Part shown: piece by piece, positions 8,303 through 17,500 of the stretch
How positions within the stretch are numbered: position 1 is the first letter of the stretch
Layout of the letters: the number at the start of each line of letters is the position of its first letter
From: a virus
Lineage: Duplodnaviria > Caudoviricetes
Virus record (IMG/VR): IMGVR_UViG_3300043773_000773
Location: 1 to 61,604 of that record
Direction: 5' to 3' (one strand)
Length of the DNA stretch: 61,604 bases
Notes under the pieces: generated by a model
What the model was told of the DNA's origin: nothing
What the model saw: only the letters and a program-made list of their open reading frames with translations
The model's database searches: none
Translations under genes and position numbers: made by a program

Positions 8303-9000
8303 CACATCGCTCCTTGCGCCTGCTGGACGAACCGCTTGATGTCTTCGAGCCTGAAGGTCACGAGCCAGTCGCTGTCGTTCTTGCGGTGCAATACCACTGG
8401 GGCCAGCTCGCCGCACTGCTCCTTCGACTTCTCCATCACTGCCGTCAGATTCAGCGCCTGAACACGCTTCACTTCGAGCCAGAGGTGCGGCGTGCCAGGG
8501 CTGATGAGGTCGCTGGCGGACTCTGTTCCCGAGTGCTGCTGGCTCCTTCTGGCGTGGGCGTTCGGCATGTGCCGGTTCCACTCGGCCGCAGCCTCCAGTT
8601 CCCCGCGCTTTCCCTTCTGTCGTGAGTTGATCGCCATCTTGGTTAGCTCCGGTGGGACTCCGTTCTTCCGCCGCCACATGAACACACGAAACGGGTAGCG
8701 CTGTGGGCCGTAGCCGAGATGCCTCTTGTGACGTAGCGAAGCCAGGAACTCAGGGTCGTAAAAGGCGTCGTCCACTTCGCGCTTGGCCGTGAGGCACATG
8801 CCCTTCGTGAGGTCGTGCTTGCCACCGAAGTGAAGCCCGTCGTGGCACCACCGACAGAGCCGCAACAGGTTCCGCCTGTCGTGCGAGCGCCCAGCGCCCT
8901 GCTGCAAGTGGTGGATGTGCAGGTCCGAGCGCGACCAGCACACGGCGCAGAACTGGTATTCCTGCGCGAAGGCCGATAGTTCCTGGCGCCCATCGCTCAC
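8302..9000 (-). CDS. HNH endonuclease fused to Hjc-like Holliday junction resolvase
   Basis: CAVC..HIHH..NLLRLCRWCH, then SRQKGKRGE..DL..LEVKR. Confidence 0.75.
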   Translation of the reverse strand: MSDGRQELSAFAQEYQFCAVCWSRSDLHIHHLQQGAGRSHDRRNLLRLCRWCHDGLHFGGKHDLTKGMCLTAKREVDDAFYDPEFLASLRHKRHLGYGPQRYPFRVFMWRRKNGVPPELTKMAINSRQKGKRGELEAAAEWNRHMPNAHARRSQQHSGTESASDLISPGTPHLWLEVKRVQALNLTAVMEKSKEQCGELAPVVLHRKNDSDWLVTFRLEDIKRFVQQAQGAM

Positions 9001-9269
9001 GACTCCCCTCTCGACACGTGGTCAATGGCGCGGCGGATCGCAGTGTCGAACGCCTCGACCTGCTCCGCAGTCTCGAAGTCGATGACGTACCGAAACATCC
9101 GCTCGCCAGTAGTCATGTTCGTCACCGCTTCGCGGCGGTGCCTTCTGAACGCAACGACGGACGCCACCGACCGGGCGCACTCGGCAAGCTCATGCTCGTC
9201 CTTGAGCAGCGACCCCAGCGCCTTTGCAATGAACGATCCCATCGCCCTCTCCTTTTCCTCACCCGCCAT
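8997..9269 (-). CDS. Hypothetical protein
   Basis: 90 aa, coupled within the operon. Confidence 0.6.
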   Translation of the reverse strand: MAGEEKERAMGSFIAKALGSLLKDEHELAECARSVASVVAFRRHRREAVTNMTTGERMFRYVIDFETAEQVEAFDTAIRRAIDHVSRGES

Positions 9270-9528
9270 GTGTCTTGAGCCAGCTAGCGGCCACCGCGAA
9301 CCAGAACGAGAGCAACGTCAGGTCTTCCGAAGATGTGATTGACACCGTCCCGTCCGTGTCGATCACGACAGCGGACTGGTGATCCTGCCTGTACCACTCC
9401 CTGTCGGACTCCTCCTCGTCGCCGACCACCCGGCGCAGCGTCTCGACGCCCTCGCTTGGGCGGCACAGGGCGGCAAGGCGCCTGCCGGTTGGGTCGGTGT
9501 ATCGAAGAAGCACAAGGTCGCGTGGCAT
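9259..9528 (-). CDS. Hypothetical protein
   Basis: Likely start MPRDLVLL at 9528 within ORF 9259..9711. Confidence 0.55.
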   Translation of the reverse strand: MPRDLVLLRYTDPTGRRLAALCRPSEGVETLRRVVGDEEESDREWYRQDHQSAVVIDTDGTVSITSSEDLTLLSFWFAVAASWLKTHGG

Positions 9529-9561
9529 GGTTTGTCTGGTGTGTGTCCGTACCGCATCCGT

Positions 9562-9738
9562 GCTGAGGAAGGCCCGACGCCCTGTCTCAGCTACCCCACG
9601 AGGGGTTGCGACTCCAGCCTTATATGGCCCTTCCTCAGCTAACCACCGGGACGTTGCGTTGCTCGCAGGATCAAGTACCTGCCCGTTGCCCGGATTTCGC
9701 GCTGGAGTCACACCGCCGCCCGATCAAGTTCAAGGCGG
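9562..9738 (-). ncRNA. Candidate structured ncRNA or ssDNA element with pseudoknot
   Basis: Crossing helices 9701-9709/9610-9618 and 9629-9639/9562-9572, plus nested hairpins. Confidence 0.55.
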
Positions 9739-9791
9739 TTTGTTTAGGCTCGACCGTTTTGATTTCTGAAACGCTGACCGGCACGAGAAGA

Positions 9792-10193
9792 TCAACAGCG
9801 TTGTGGCTTGATGTCGTGCAGCACGCCCATGTCCGACCACTTGCCAGCCTCGCTCCAGTTGAGCCAGACGCGGCCTGCGGTCGCAGACACGGGAACGCAC
9901 ATGACGACGTTTGTTCGGATGTTGACGGCGACAAAGGCGTCAACGTGGCGAGGGCTGTAGCGAGCGACCTTCGAGCTGCCCCTGCCGATGCGGATGCGGC
10001 GCTTGTTGGAAGCGCGGGATGCGCTCGCCTTGACTTGGATGCGCCAGTGACGGCGATCCGCGAAGGCCAGCAGGTCGTAGCCGTCGTCGACAATTGGAAC
10101 CGCAACGTGGTAGCCAGCCCGCAAGAGCCGCTCCACCGCGATCGCCACGCCGATTTCTGCAATAACCTTCCCATCAAGCACTCCATTGCTCAT
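9792..10193 (-). CDS. PD-(D/E)XK endonuclease, PDDEXK_5/I-Ssp6803I-like
   Basis: GYHVAVP..DDGYDLL..RIQVKA..Y...VDAFVAV. Confidence 0.75.
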   Translation of the reverse strand: MSNGVLDGKVIAEIGVAIAVERLLRAGYHVAVPIVDDGYDLLAFADRRHWRIQVKASASRASNKRRIRIGRGSSKVARYSPRHVDAFVAVNIRTNVVMCVPVSATAGRVWLNWSEAGKWSDMGVLHDIKPQRC

Positions 10194-10201
10194 GCAGCCT
10201 C

Positions 10202-11755
10202 CTAGCTGGCGGCGTGCTGTCCCTTCTGCCGCCGCCCAAGCTCCGTCCGCACGGCCGTCTTGAATGGCGAGTCCTTCTTGGTCGACTCCATGACCCAAGA
10301 CAGGTAGCCCTCCGGGATGGACTCCAGCGGCTGGCCCTTGTACTTGCCGTACAGCATCCGCCAGCCACGACGCTTCGGGCCTTCCGGCTCGGAGAACAGG
10401 TCGCGGGTGCTGTGATCGAACGTGACTCCGACAACGAGACGCTTCCGCTTCTCGATCATCTCTGCGGCCTTAGCCTCAAGCTCGGCAAGCTCGAAGGCGT
10501 CCGCTTCCTTGATCGCATCGACTGCGGCGGTACCCTCCATCGACAGCTTGTTCCGCATCATCTCCCTGCGGGACGCAGCCTTGCGGCTCTTGGCGTCGAG
10601 AACGTCAAGCGCCGACAGAAGCTGGTGGCTGCGACTTGAATCAGTGATGTCGAAGAGGTTGAACGTCGGCTTGGGCGAGGTGCGAATTGCCTCAAGCCGC
10701 TCGTCACGGCTCATTTCGGGGTGGATGATGTTGCGCCACGCCCGAGTGCCACGCCCGAGACGCTGCTCATAGCGCGATAGGCTCTTGGTCGGAGCCGCCA
10801 TGTAGATATTCATCAACTCTGGGTGGTCCCAGCCGTACCCCAAGATGCCGACGTTCACGATGATCTTGGATTCGCCCGACACGAAGGCGTCCATGTTGGC
10901 CTTCCGCTCGACCGGGTTCTGCATGCCGTAGACGAGGCTAGGCGAAGCGCCGTACCGCTGGAGAATCTCGACCAGAAGCTTCGCCTGACGCACGTTCGAG
11001 GCGTACACGACAGACGGCATCTGCTTGAACGTGGAAAGCACGAGGCTCGAGACTTCTTGGGCGAAGTGTTCCGCCGCCAGCACCGCAGCAAGCTGCGTCT
11101 TGTTCCACTCGCCAGACACCTCGTCCACCATCGTGAGGTCGAACGACTTCGCCTCCGACAGGAAGCACGTTGGGCCGACGAGATAGCCGTCGTTGATGCC
11201 CTCCATCAGCGAGTACACAACCTGCGGGCGGGGCCAGTACCGGAGCGCCTTTCCCTTGCCCTTGTATGGCGTTGCCGAGAAGCCGACGATCGTGGCTCCG
11301 CGATCCTCGTACCACCTCAGCATCTCCTCCATGCGTGGAGTCATGCCTACGTGGCACTCATCGACCAGCACCAGCGACACTCGCTCGTAGGCGCGGGCCT
11401 TGTACCGACCATTGGAGAGCAGGCTGTCGCGAGAGCCGACGATGACACGGCTGCGCAGCCCCTCGATGCTCTCGGCGAAGTTCCCGCCCTGCTCGATGTC
11501 GCAGGACTCGCCAAGCCGAAGCTCCAGGCGGTCGCGGTTCTGACGCATCAGGTCGACCAGCGGCACGATCGACAGCGGGTAGCGGGCAATGCGGCACAGT
11601 TCCGCAATGATCTCCGTCTTGCCGCTGCCTACTGGCTGGCACACAACGACGCGCTTCTCGCCTCGCTTGGCGGCTGCGCACACGCCCTCGATGGCACTGC
11701 GCTGGTAGTCACGAAGGGCCGCACGGACGGCCGAGCGAATCTGCTGACGGCTCAT
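10202..11755 (-). CDS. Superfamily 2 DNA helicase with C-terminal YGKYKG (DUF3820-like) domain
   Basis: PVGSGKT, DECH, SATP, QRLGRGTR; C-terminal YGKYKGQPLESIPEGYLSW. Confidence 0.92.
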   Translation of the reverse strand: MSRQQIRSAVRAALRDYQRSAIEGVCAAAKRGEKRVVVCQPVGSGKTEIIAELCRIARYPLSIVPLVDLMRQNRDRLELRLGESCDIEQGGNFAESIEGLRSRVIVGSRDSLLSNGRYKARAYERVSLVLVDECHVGMTPRMEEMLRWYEDRGATIVGFSATPYKGKGKALRYWPRPQVVYSLMEGINDGYLVGPTCFLSEAKSFDLTMVDEVSGEWNKTQLAAVLAAEHFAQEVSSLVLSTFKQMPSVVYASNVRQAKLLVEILQRYGASPSLVYGMQNPVERKANMDAFVSGESKIIVNVGILGYGWDHPELMNIYMAAPTKSLSRYEQRLGRGTRAWRNIIHPEMSRDERLEAIRTSPKPTFNLFDITDSSRSHQLLSALDVLDAKSRKAASRREMMRNKLSMEGTAAVDAIKEADAFELAELEAKAAEMIEKRKRLVVGVTFDHSTRDLFSEPEGPKRRGWRMLYGKYKGQPLESIPEGYLSWVMESTKKDSPFKTAVRTELGRRQKGQHAAS

Positions 11756-12024
11756 TTCCGCCCCCCCTTAGCCTTGCGGCGCTTGGGCTTTGCCTGCTTC
11801 GGCTTGGCGGCAGGCTCCTGCTCGGGAGTGGCTTCCTGCGGCTGCGGAGCGATCGACCCGAGAAACGCATTCGCGTTCTGGGCGACACGCCGCATCACCT
11901 CCAACTCGACAAGGAGTTGCGGGAGTACGGCCTTGCAGAAATGAACCGCCGTCTGGGCCTCCAGCACATCCTGCTGCGCCATGAGGGCCACGACTCGGGT
12001 GTAGTCAATCAGCTTCTCGTCCAT
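11752..12024 (-). CDS. Hypothetical protein with basic tail
   Basis: 90 aa, ATGA-coupled to the helicase. Confidence 0.65.
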   Translation of the reverse strand: MDEKLIDYTRVVALMAQQDVLEAQTAVHFCKAVLPQLLVELEVMRRVAQNANAFLGSIAPQPQEATPEQEPAAKPKQAKPKRRKAKGGRK

Positions 12025-12027
12025 GAT

Positions 12028-12059
12028 TTAAAAGCCGGATGGATGGGACGGCATCCGGC
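12028..12059 (-). terminator. Possible intrinsic terminator after erf
   Basis: GCCGGATG-10 nt-CATCCGGC stem followed by TTTT. Confidence 0.5.
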
Positions 12060-12097
12060 GTGCCGCTGAGGAGGCTCCCCAACCTGAGTGTGCGGAA

Positions 12098-12790
12098 CTA
12101 GGACGCCATCGCCGGTTGCTTCTTCTCTGCTTCCGGCTTCTTCTTCGCGAGCTTCGTCGCTGCATCGCCGCCAACCAGACGAAGCCGGGTTGCGGCTGCG
12201 TCTGAAAGCTGGCTGCTCGACACGCCACGAGCCACCTGATCCATCACGGCCGCGATCGTCTCGGCGTCCTGGGCGGCGCGAATCTTCGCCGCCAGAGCCT
12301 TCTCAATGCGGGCCTCGTCGTTGACGGCGGCGCTCGCAGCAGACTTCTCTGCCTGCTCGCCGTCGTCGTCGTCATCTGCTGCGATCCCGGCGATGGCGCA
12401 GAGCGCGATCCGCTTCAGGTAGGTCGCCGTCTTGGCAAGCTCCTGCGGCGGGATGCGTCCCGGCATCGGCAGGTAGGACCGCTCGAACTGCCCGCTGGAG
12501 TGACGCACCGTCGTGACGAGGTGGATCGTGCCGTCCTCGCCGTACGGATGGAACGTCTGGCTCACCGACAGGCCGTTCGTGGAGTACGCCGTGCGGATGC
12601 AGTCGAAGCACGACGCGAGGTCGGCGTAGTCAGGAACCGGCTTGCCGTCCTTGCCCTTCTTGGCGAAGTGCGACACCTTGTTCCGGACGACGTTCTGCAA
12701 CTGGCCGAACGCCTTTGCCATAGCGTCGGAAAGCTCGCTCACGTTTTCGCTGCATGCGTTCCACACAGACATGTCAATCACCTTGCTCAT
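12098..12790 (-). CDS. erf: ERF family single-strand annealing protein
   Basis: YADL...HSSGQ...TYLKRIALCAIAGIAADDDDDG signature. Confidence 0.88.
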   Translation of the reverse strand: MSKVIDMSVWNACSENVSELSDAMAKAFGQLQNVVRNKVSHFAKKGKDGKPVPDYADLASCFDCIRTAYSTNGLSVSQTFHPYGEDGTIHLVTTVRHSSGQFERSYLPMPGRIPPQELAKTATYLKRIALCAIAGIAADDDDDGEQAEKSAASAAVNDEARIEKALAAKIRAAQDAETIAAVMDQVARGVSSSQLSDAAATRLRLVGGDAATKLAKKKPEAEKKQPAMAS

Positions 12791-13767
12791 CTCATCCTCC
12801 CCAGGACATGCGCCGGAAACTGAAGTTCAACAACCTCGCCGTGCGTATCCGGCAACCACCAGTCGAGGCTTTCACGAAGACGAAGATCAGCCAGCGCCCG
12901 ATCCATGAGCCGCTGCCCTTCGGCAACGACGGCGTCTGGCAGCGTCACGACTTGGCAGTCGTGCGGCAGTGATGTGCTGATGACGATGAAGCGGAGGGGC
13001 GCTGGCTCCATGCCGCACGCCTCCATCCCCCTGCGATACCACGCATCTTGCAGGTGGTACTTGAAGTCAACGACGGACTTCCAGAACCCGGAGAGGATGT
13101 CTGCCTCTCGCGTGGTCTTGAGGTCGAGCGCCAAGCCGTCCGAAGTGATCGCGTCGAAGCGGCACTTGAGTCGGTCGCCATTGGCTTCCTCCCAGTACAC
13201 GCCCAACTCGTGATCCGCGATGCGGGAGATGAGTTCTGCTGCGGCTGGGTGGTTCTTGATCGCAGCCACCTCCGCGACGATCTGCGCCCGCTCCTTCGGG
13301 GAGACAATGACCGAACCGGCCGGAGCCTCGTTTTTGGCCCATTTCTCTGCGTCTTTGCCAACAAGCCCGGTGGCTGTTAGGGTTTCTGACGGAGGAACGA
13401 CCAGCGATTCAAGGAAGTCGTCGCCCAGTTCCAGCCATGAGTGAAGCAGCGTGCCGTGATCGGTGGCGCTGCTTGAGAACGGTGGCAGGGTCTTGGCTAT
13501 GTACCGCTGGTAGTACAGGACAGGAGAGTCAAGGAGCGTTTTGGCTCGACTGCACGACCTGTGCGTCTCGTTAGCGTGATAGTCGGCGTTCGCTTCTCCA
13601 CGCCGAATATCGACCCCTACATATTCAGCGTACGAACCAAAGCTAGTGTTCGTACATGCTGGTTGTAGGGGCGAAGGCGAAGCGATTGTGCCGGTCGAAT
13701 CGGCCCGACCAACGGTGCCGCTTCCATTTGCACCCTCGCGGCCCACCGTAGCTGGGGAAAAAAACAT
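12787..13767 (-). CDS. RecE/exonuclease VIII-like PD-(D/E)XK nuclease (DUF3799-like)
   Basis: DYHA..GTLLH..KCRFD..DLKTT..YHLQDAWY; start uncertain (13767 ATG or 13746 GTG). Confidence 0.85.
   Translation of the reverse strand: MFFSPATVGREGANGSGTVGRADSTGTIASPSPLQPACTNTSFGSYAEYVGVDIRRGEANADYHANETHRSCSRAKTLLDSPVLYYQRYIAKTLPPFSSSATDHGTLLHSWLELGDDFLESLVVPPSETLTATGLVGKDAEKWAKNEAPAGSVIVSPKERAQIVAEVAAIKNHPAAAELISRIADHELGVYWEEANGDRLKCRFDAITSDGLALDLKTTREADILSGFWKSVVDFKYHLQDAWYRRGMEACGMEPAPLRFIVISTSLPHDCQVVTLPDAVVAEGQRLMDRALADLRLRESLDWWLPDTHGEVVELQFPAHVLGRMR
13630..13655. promoter_or_regulatory. Perfect 8-bp inverted repeat GTACGAAC-N10-GTTCGTAC (operator or recombination site candidate)
   Basis: Seen directly, about 110 bp upstream of the recombinase start. 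Confidence 0.4.
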
Positions 13768-14584
13768 GACTTTGAATCTACCTGTGATCGTGGAGCGCTA
13801 TCTGAACGGACGATGCGTGAGCAATGGCTACACCAACAACCTCAGGGCCGTCGCCCGGTCCTGCGGAACGATGTCAGTCGATGCCATAAATGCGTACTTG
13901 AAGCGCCGCATGGATGCCATCAAGCCAGTCACCGTTGCTACCGAGAGAGCCATGTTGGTTGGTATCTGGAGGTGGGCTTACGAAACCGGAGTAGTTAACG
14001 AGATGCCACGAGGAATCGTCAAGATCAAACCGGCGCGTAAGCCAACTAAGGCGTGGACTATAGAGCAGTGCTGTACGGGTGTCAATGGGACGTTCTCGCT
14101 GAGGGCGATCGTGCGACGGAAGAAAGTCCCGGTCGGCCTGTTCCTGCGCTGCTGGATGCTGCTGGGGTACGAGACTGGTGCGAGGATGGGGGATTTGTGG
14201 GAGATGCGGGGGGATGACATCGAGGACGGTGCGGCCCGCTGGTCGCAGCACAAGACCGGCGATCCGCATGTCAAGACGCTGTCGCCCAAGTGCATCGAGG
14301 CCGTGCAGCAGATGCTGGCGCTATCGCCGGACGGGAGGATTCTGGGCTGGGTGATGAGCGCAAACGCGGCGCGAGTGCGTATGCGGAAGTACCTGCGCAG
14401 CGTCGGCCTGAGCGGCACATCCAAGTGGCTGCGGCGATCTGGCGCCACCCACATCGAGATTGAGCATCCCGGAAAGGGCCGCCTGCACTTAGGGCATCGC
14501 ACCGTCGGGCTGGCCGAGAAGTCCTATATCGACTGGTCGCAGGTGCGCAGGGACATCCCCTGCACTCCCGTGCTACTCGAATAG
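13766..14584 (+). CDS. int: Tyrosine recombinase/integrase
   Basis: ETGAR, QHKTG, KWLRR, LGH, SY catalytic pattern; ATG at 13766. Confidence 0.88.
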   Translation: MTLNLPVIVERYLNGRCVSNGYTNNLRAVARSCGTMSVDAINAYLKRRMDAIKPVTVATERAMLVGIWRWAYETGVVNEMPRGIVKIKPARKPTKAWTIEQCCTGVNGTFSLRAIVRRKKVPVGLFLRCWMLLGYETGARMGDLWEMRGDDIEDGAARWSQHKTGDPHVKTLSPKCIEAVQQMLALSPDGRILGWVMSANAARVRMRKYLRSVGLSGTSKWLRRSGATHIEIEHPGKGRLHLGHRTVGLAEKSYIDWSQVRRDIPCTPVLLE

Positions 14585-17500
14585 CTCCAGTGCGCCAGTG
14601 TTCGTGTCCCGCTTCTTCTTGCGCGACTTCTTGGCGGGCTTACGGGCCTCCCGGTTCTCGCGAGTCAGGGCGCGGGCAACGGCCTGACGCTCCAGCGCCC
14701 ACTGCGGAACGTGTGGAACCATCGCCTCCGGGATGTACTCCATCTTGTACTCGCGGGTGTACGGGTCGATGCTCGCTTCCGCGTCCCTGGCTGCGGCACG
14801 GCGAACGTCTTCTGCGGTGGTCTTGCGGACCTTCAGGCCAGAGGTGGCGTTGAGTAGCGTGCGGGGAACGCGAGTCGAAAGCGGCTCGCCGCCAGCGTCG
14901 TCCAGCAGGGTTCGCAGGGCGTAGAGCGGACGGCCCACGAACGGCGCCATCTCGATCGGCTTCTCGATGATGGCCGGGATGTCGATGTCGCGGTTGCCGG
15001 TGATGGACCGGGCCAGCGCGTCGAGCGTGGAGGTGGATTCGCCGATCGGGCGATCCGTGAACAGGTCTTTCCCAGCCCCAAGCTCTACGGTCGTGCGGAG
15101 CAGCGGGTGCAACTGCATGGCAAACTGGCGAGCAGTTCCGGCGATTGCGCCAGACGGCGTGCCGGGAGTCTCGAACATGTTGATCTGGTCGAAGCCGGGA
15201 GCGTCGAAGTCGTTGATGCTTAACTGCACGCCGGGAGCAGGCACGCCGCCCCACTCCTCCGGGATCGGAACCGAGAACTGCGCCCGCATGCCGGGAGGAA
15301 CGTACGTGTCGTTGCTCTCGTCCTGCACGGCTTCGGTTGCCTGAATGAGCTGCCCATACCGGCCTCCCGGACGCTCGGACAACTGCCGCAGCACCTCACG
15401 AAAAATTCTTGACTGGAAACTGTACCAGGGAAAAAGCCGCTTCAGCACGAGCCTCTCTGTGTCGGAAAGGCTGGCGTAGTTTACGTGCGCCCGCTGCATG
15501 GCCTTCGTCGCAGCGGATGGATCGTAGCCCTGCTTCATCAGCGAGAGGTAGCCGCTAAAGCGGTTGATGCCGTCCGTCAGCGAGTTCATCTGCTCGCCAG
15601 CGCGCATGATCGGATTCATCGTCTCTTGCAGCGGCTTGAGAGACGAGCGCCACGTACGAAAGTCACGGGCAAACTGCCCCCACGAGCGGTCGGCCTGCGG
15701 CGCAAGCTCGCTCAAGATCGAGCGCATGGTCACTGGCGTTGTGCCGGGAAGCATGCCAAGTGCGCCCTTGCCGACTACGCTGCCGCCATGCTCGAAGATG
15801 GTCTGGTTGCCGATCAGTCCGGTGCCTGCGACATCTGCGTAGAACTGCGCTACGCCGTCATCGCCAGCGTAGCGAGTAATGGACGCCAGAAACTGCATGA
15901 AGCGAGGGCTCTGCGGACCCTCCTGCATGAGCGCCCGCGCCGCCCGCACGGCATCGGGGTCGAGCGCCCCCTCAAGCCAGTTGCTGATCGCTCCCGAATA
16001 TAGATCGCGCGTTGCTCGCGCAGGCCACGTGAGGATGGAGCCTTTCCAAGCCTGCGTGATATGGTCGAGGCCGTTGAGCAGCGACTGGCTCGCCTCGCCC
16101 GTCTCGAAGGCGTCACGCGCCCGCAGGAGGCGGTCGACATGTGCCTCAGGGACGCTGATCTCGGAGAGCTTGATGGAGTCTGGATCGACTCCTCCTCGCA
16201 TGGCAGCGATGCGTTTTCGCATTTGCCATCCGGCGCCGCCGTCCGACGCCGCATCGACCACATCCTCGTCGTAGCTCTTGAGCCCCAGCCGATTAAGCGC
16301 CTCCTGCATGGAGATGTGCCGCCCACCAGACGCCGCCGTATCCACGCGGTTGTACGGCATGTCGCGGGCAAACGTGGCAAGCGAATCCTCGAGCGTGCCT
16401 GCCGTCGCCATGCTCTCGCTGCGGTTGCGCATGTACGATCCGATCATCTCGGTCGGATGCTGGCCGAACAGCGGCGACTTCTGTGTCACCTCGTCGGGGA
16501 GCTTGTTGAGGACGCGGGCAAGATGCTCAACGTCCTTGCGGGCGAGCGCTGGCCCGCCCGCCGGGATCATCGGCGTCAGCTTGTCGAGCAGGTACTGCGT
16601 GGCCTGCTCGTCTGTCTTGAGCGTGCGCTTCGGGCCTGACACCATCTTGTCTCGTGACAGGTCGATGATCGTGTCCCGCCCGCCGGGCAGTTGCATGGCG
16701 TCCGTACGCCGCAGCATGTCGCCCGTGAAGGTGTTTAGCACCTCCCCGAGCTTCCGGTTCCGCCTTGCCTCCATCTCAAGGATGGCCTCTGCCCGGCGGG
16801 GCAGGTAGTCGATCCCGTACTTGTCGGTGAGTTCCGCAGACGAAAGGCCCATGCGGCGCGACTCGGCGAGGTAGTCCTGCCGGTTATTCACCCACCAGTC
16901 GGCGTACTCCTTCAGGGCTGGGCGGCTCTCGACAAAGTCGATGTCTTCCTGCTTGCGGACGTTCGGGCCTTCGAGGTAGCGGCCCAGATGGCGGTTGCCT
17001 TGTTCAGTGAAAACGTCCGGATGCTCCTGCTGGAGCTTCGCGATGTGATAGGTGTGAGCTGCCGTCGCGATGCCGCCCGCCTTCTGCTTCGCCTCGAAGT
17101 TCGCGATGTTGGTTAGCTGCACCTCCGGGTCCAGCTTGCCGCCCACCCTCTGATCGAAGGCAGCAGCCATGCCGCGACCGACAGGACTCCAGCGGTAGGC
17201 TTGACCGGCCGTGTCGAGGATGTCTGCGTAGGCGTCTCCAAATCCCTTTCCAAGCAGGTCGCCAGCCGCAAAGGTTTCGCCGAGAGGAGTGGCAAGGCCG
17301 AACGACTTGGCAAGTGGCTGGTTGCGCAGGCGGGCCAGTTCGTCCGGGCCAAGCACGCCAAGCAGCGCCTTCTCTGCCGCCGCTTGAGCCTTCTCGTCTC
17401 CGGCGTATCGGATGGCATCATCGAGCGTGCCAGCGCGCATGGACGTACGAGTGCCGTACAGCGGCCTGCCGACGACGGCGGGGTCGAGTTCGCTAATGTT

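Noticed and set aside
9530-9790. tRNA or group I intron
   Set aside because: No cloverleaf with a TTCRA loop; no P7 core or interrupted gene identified by eye
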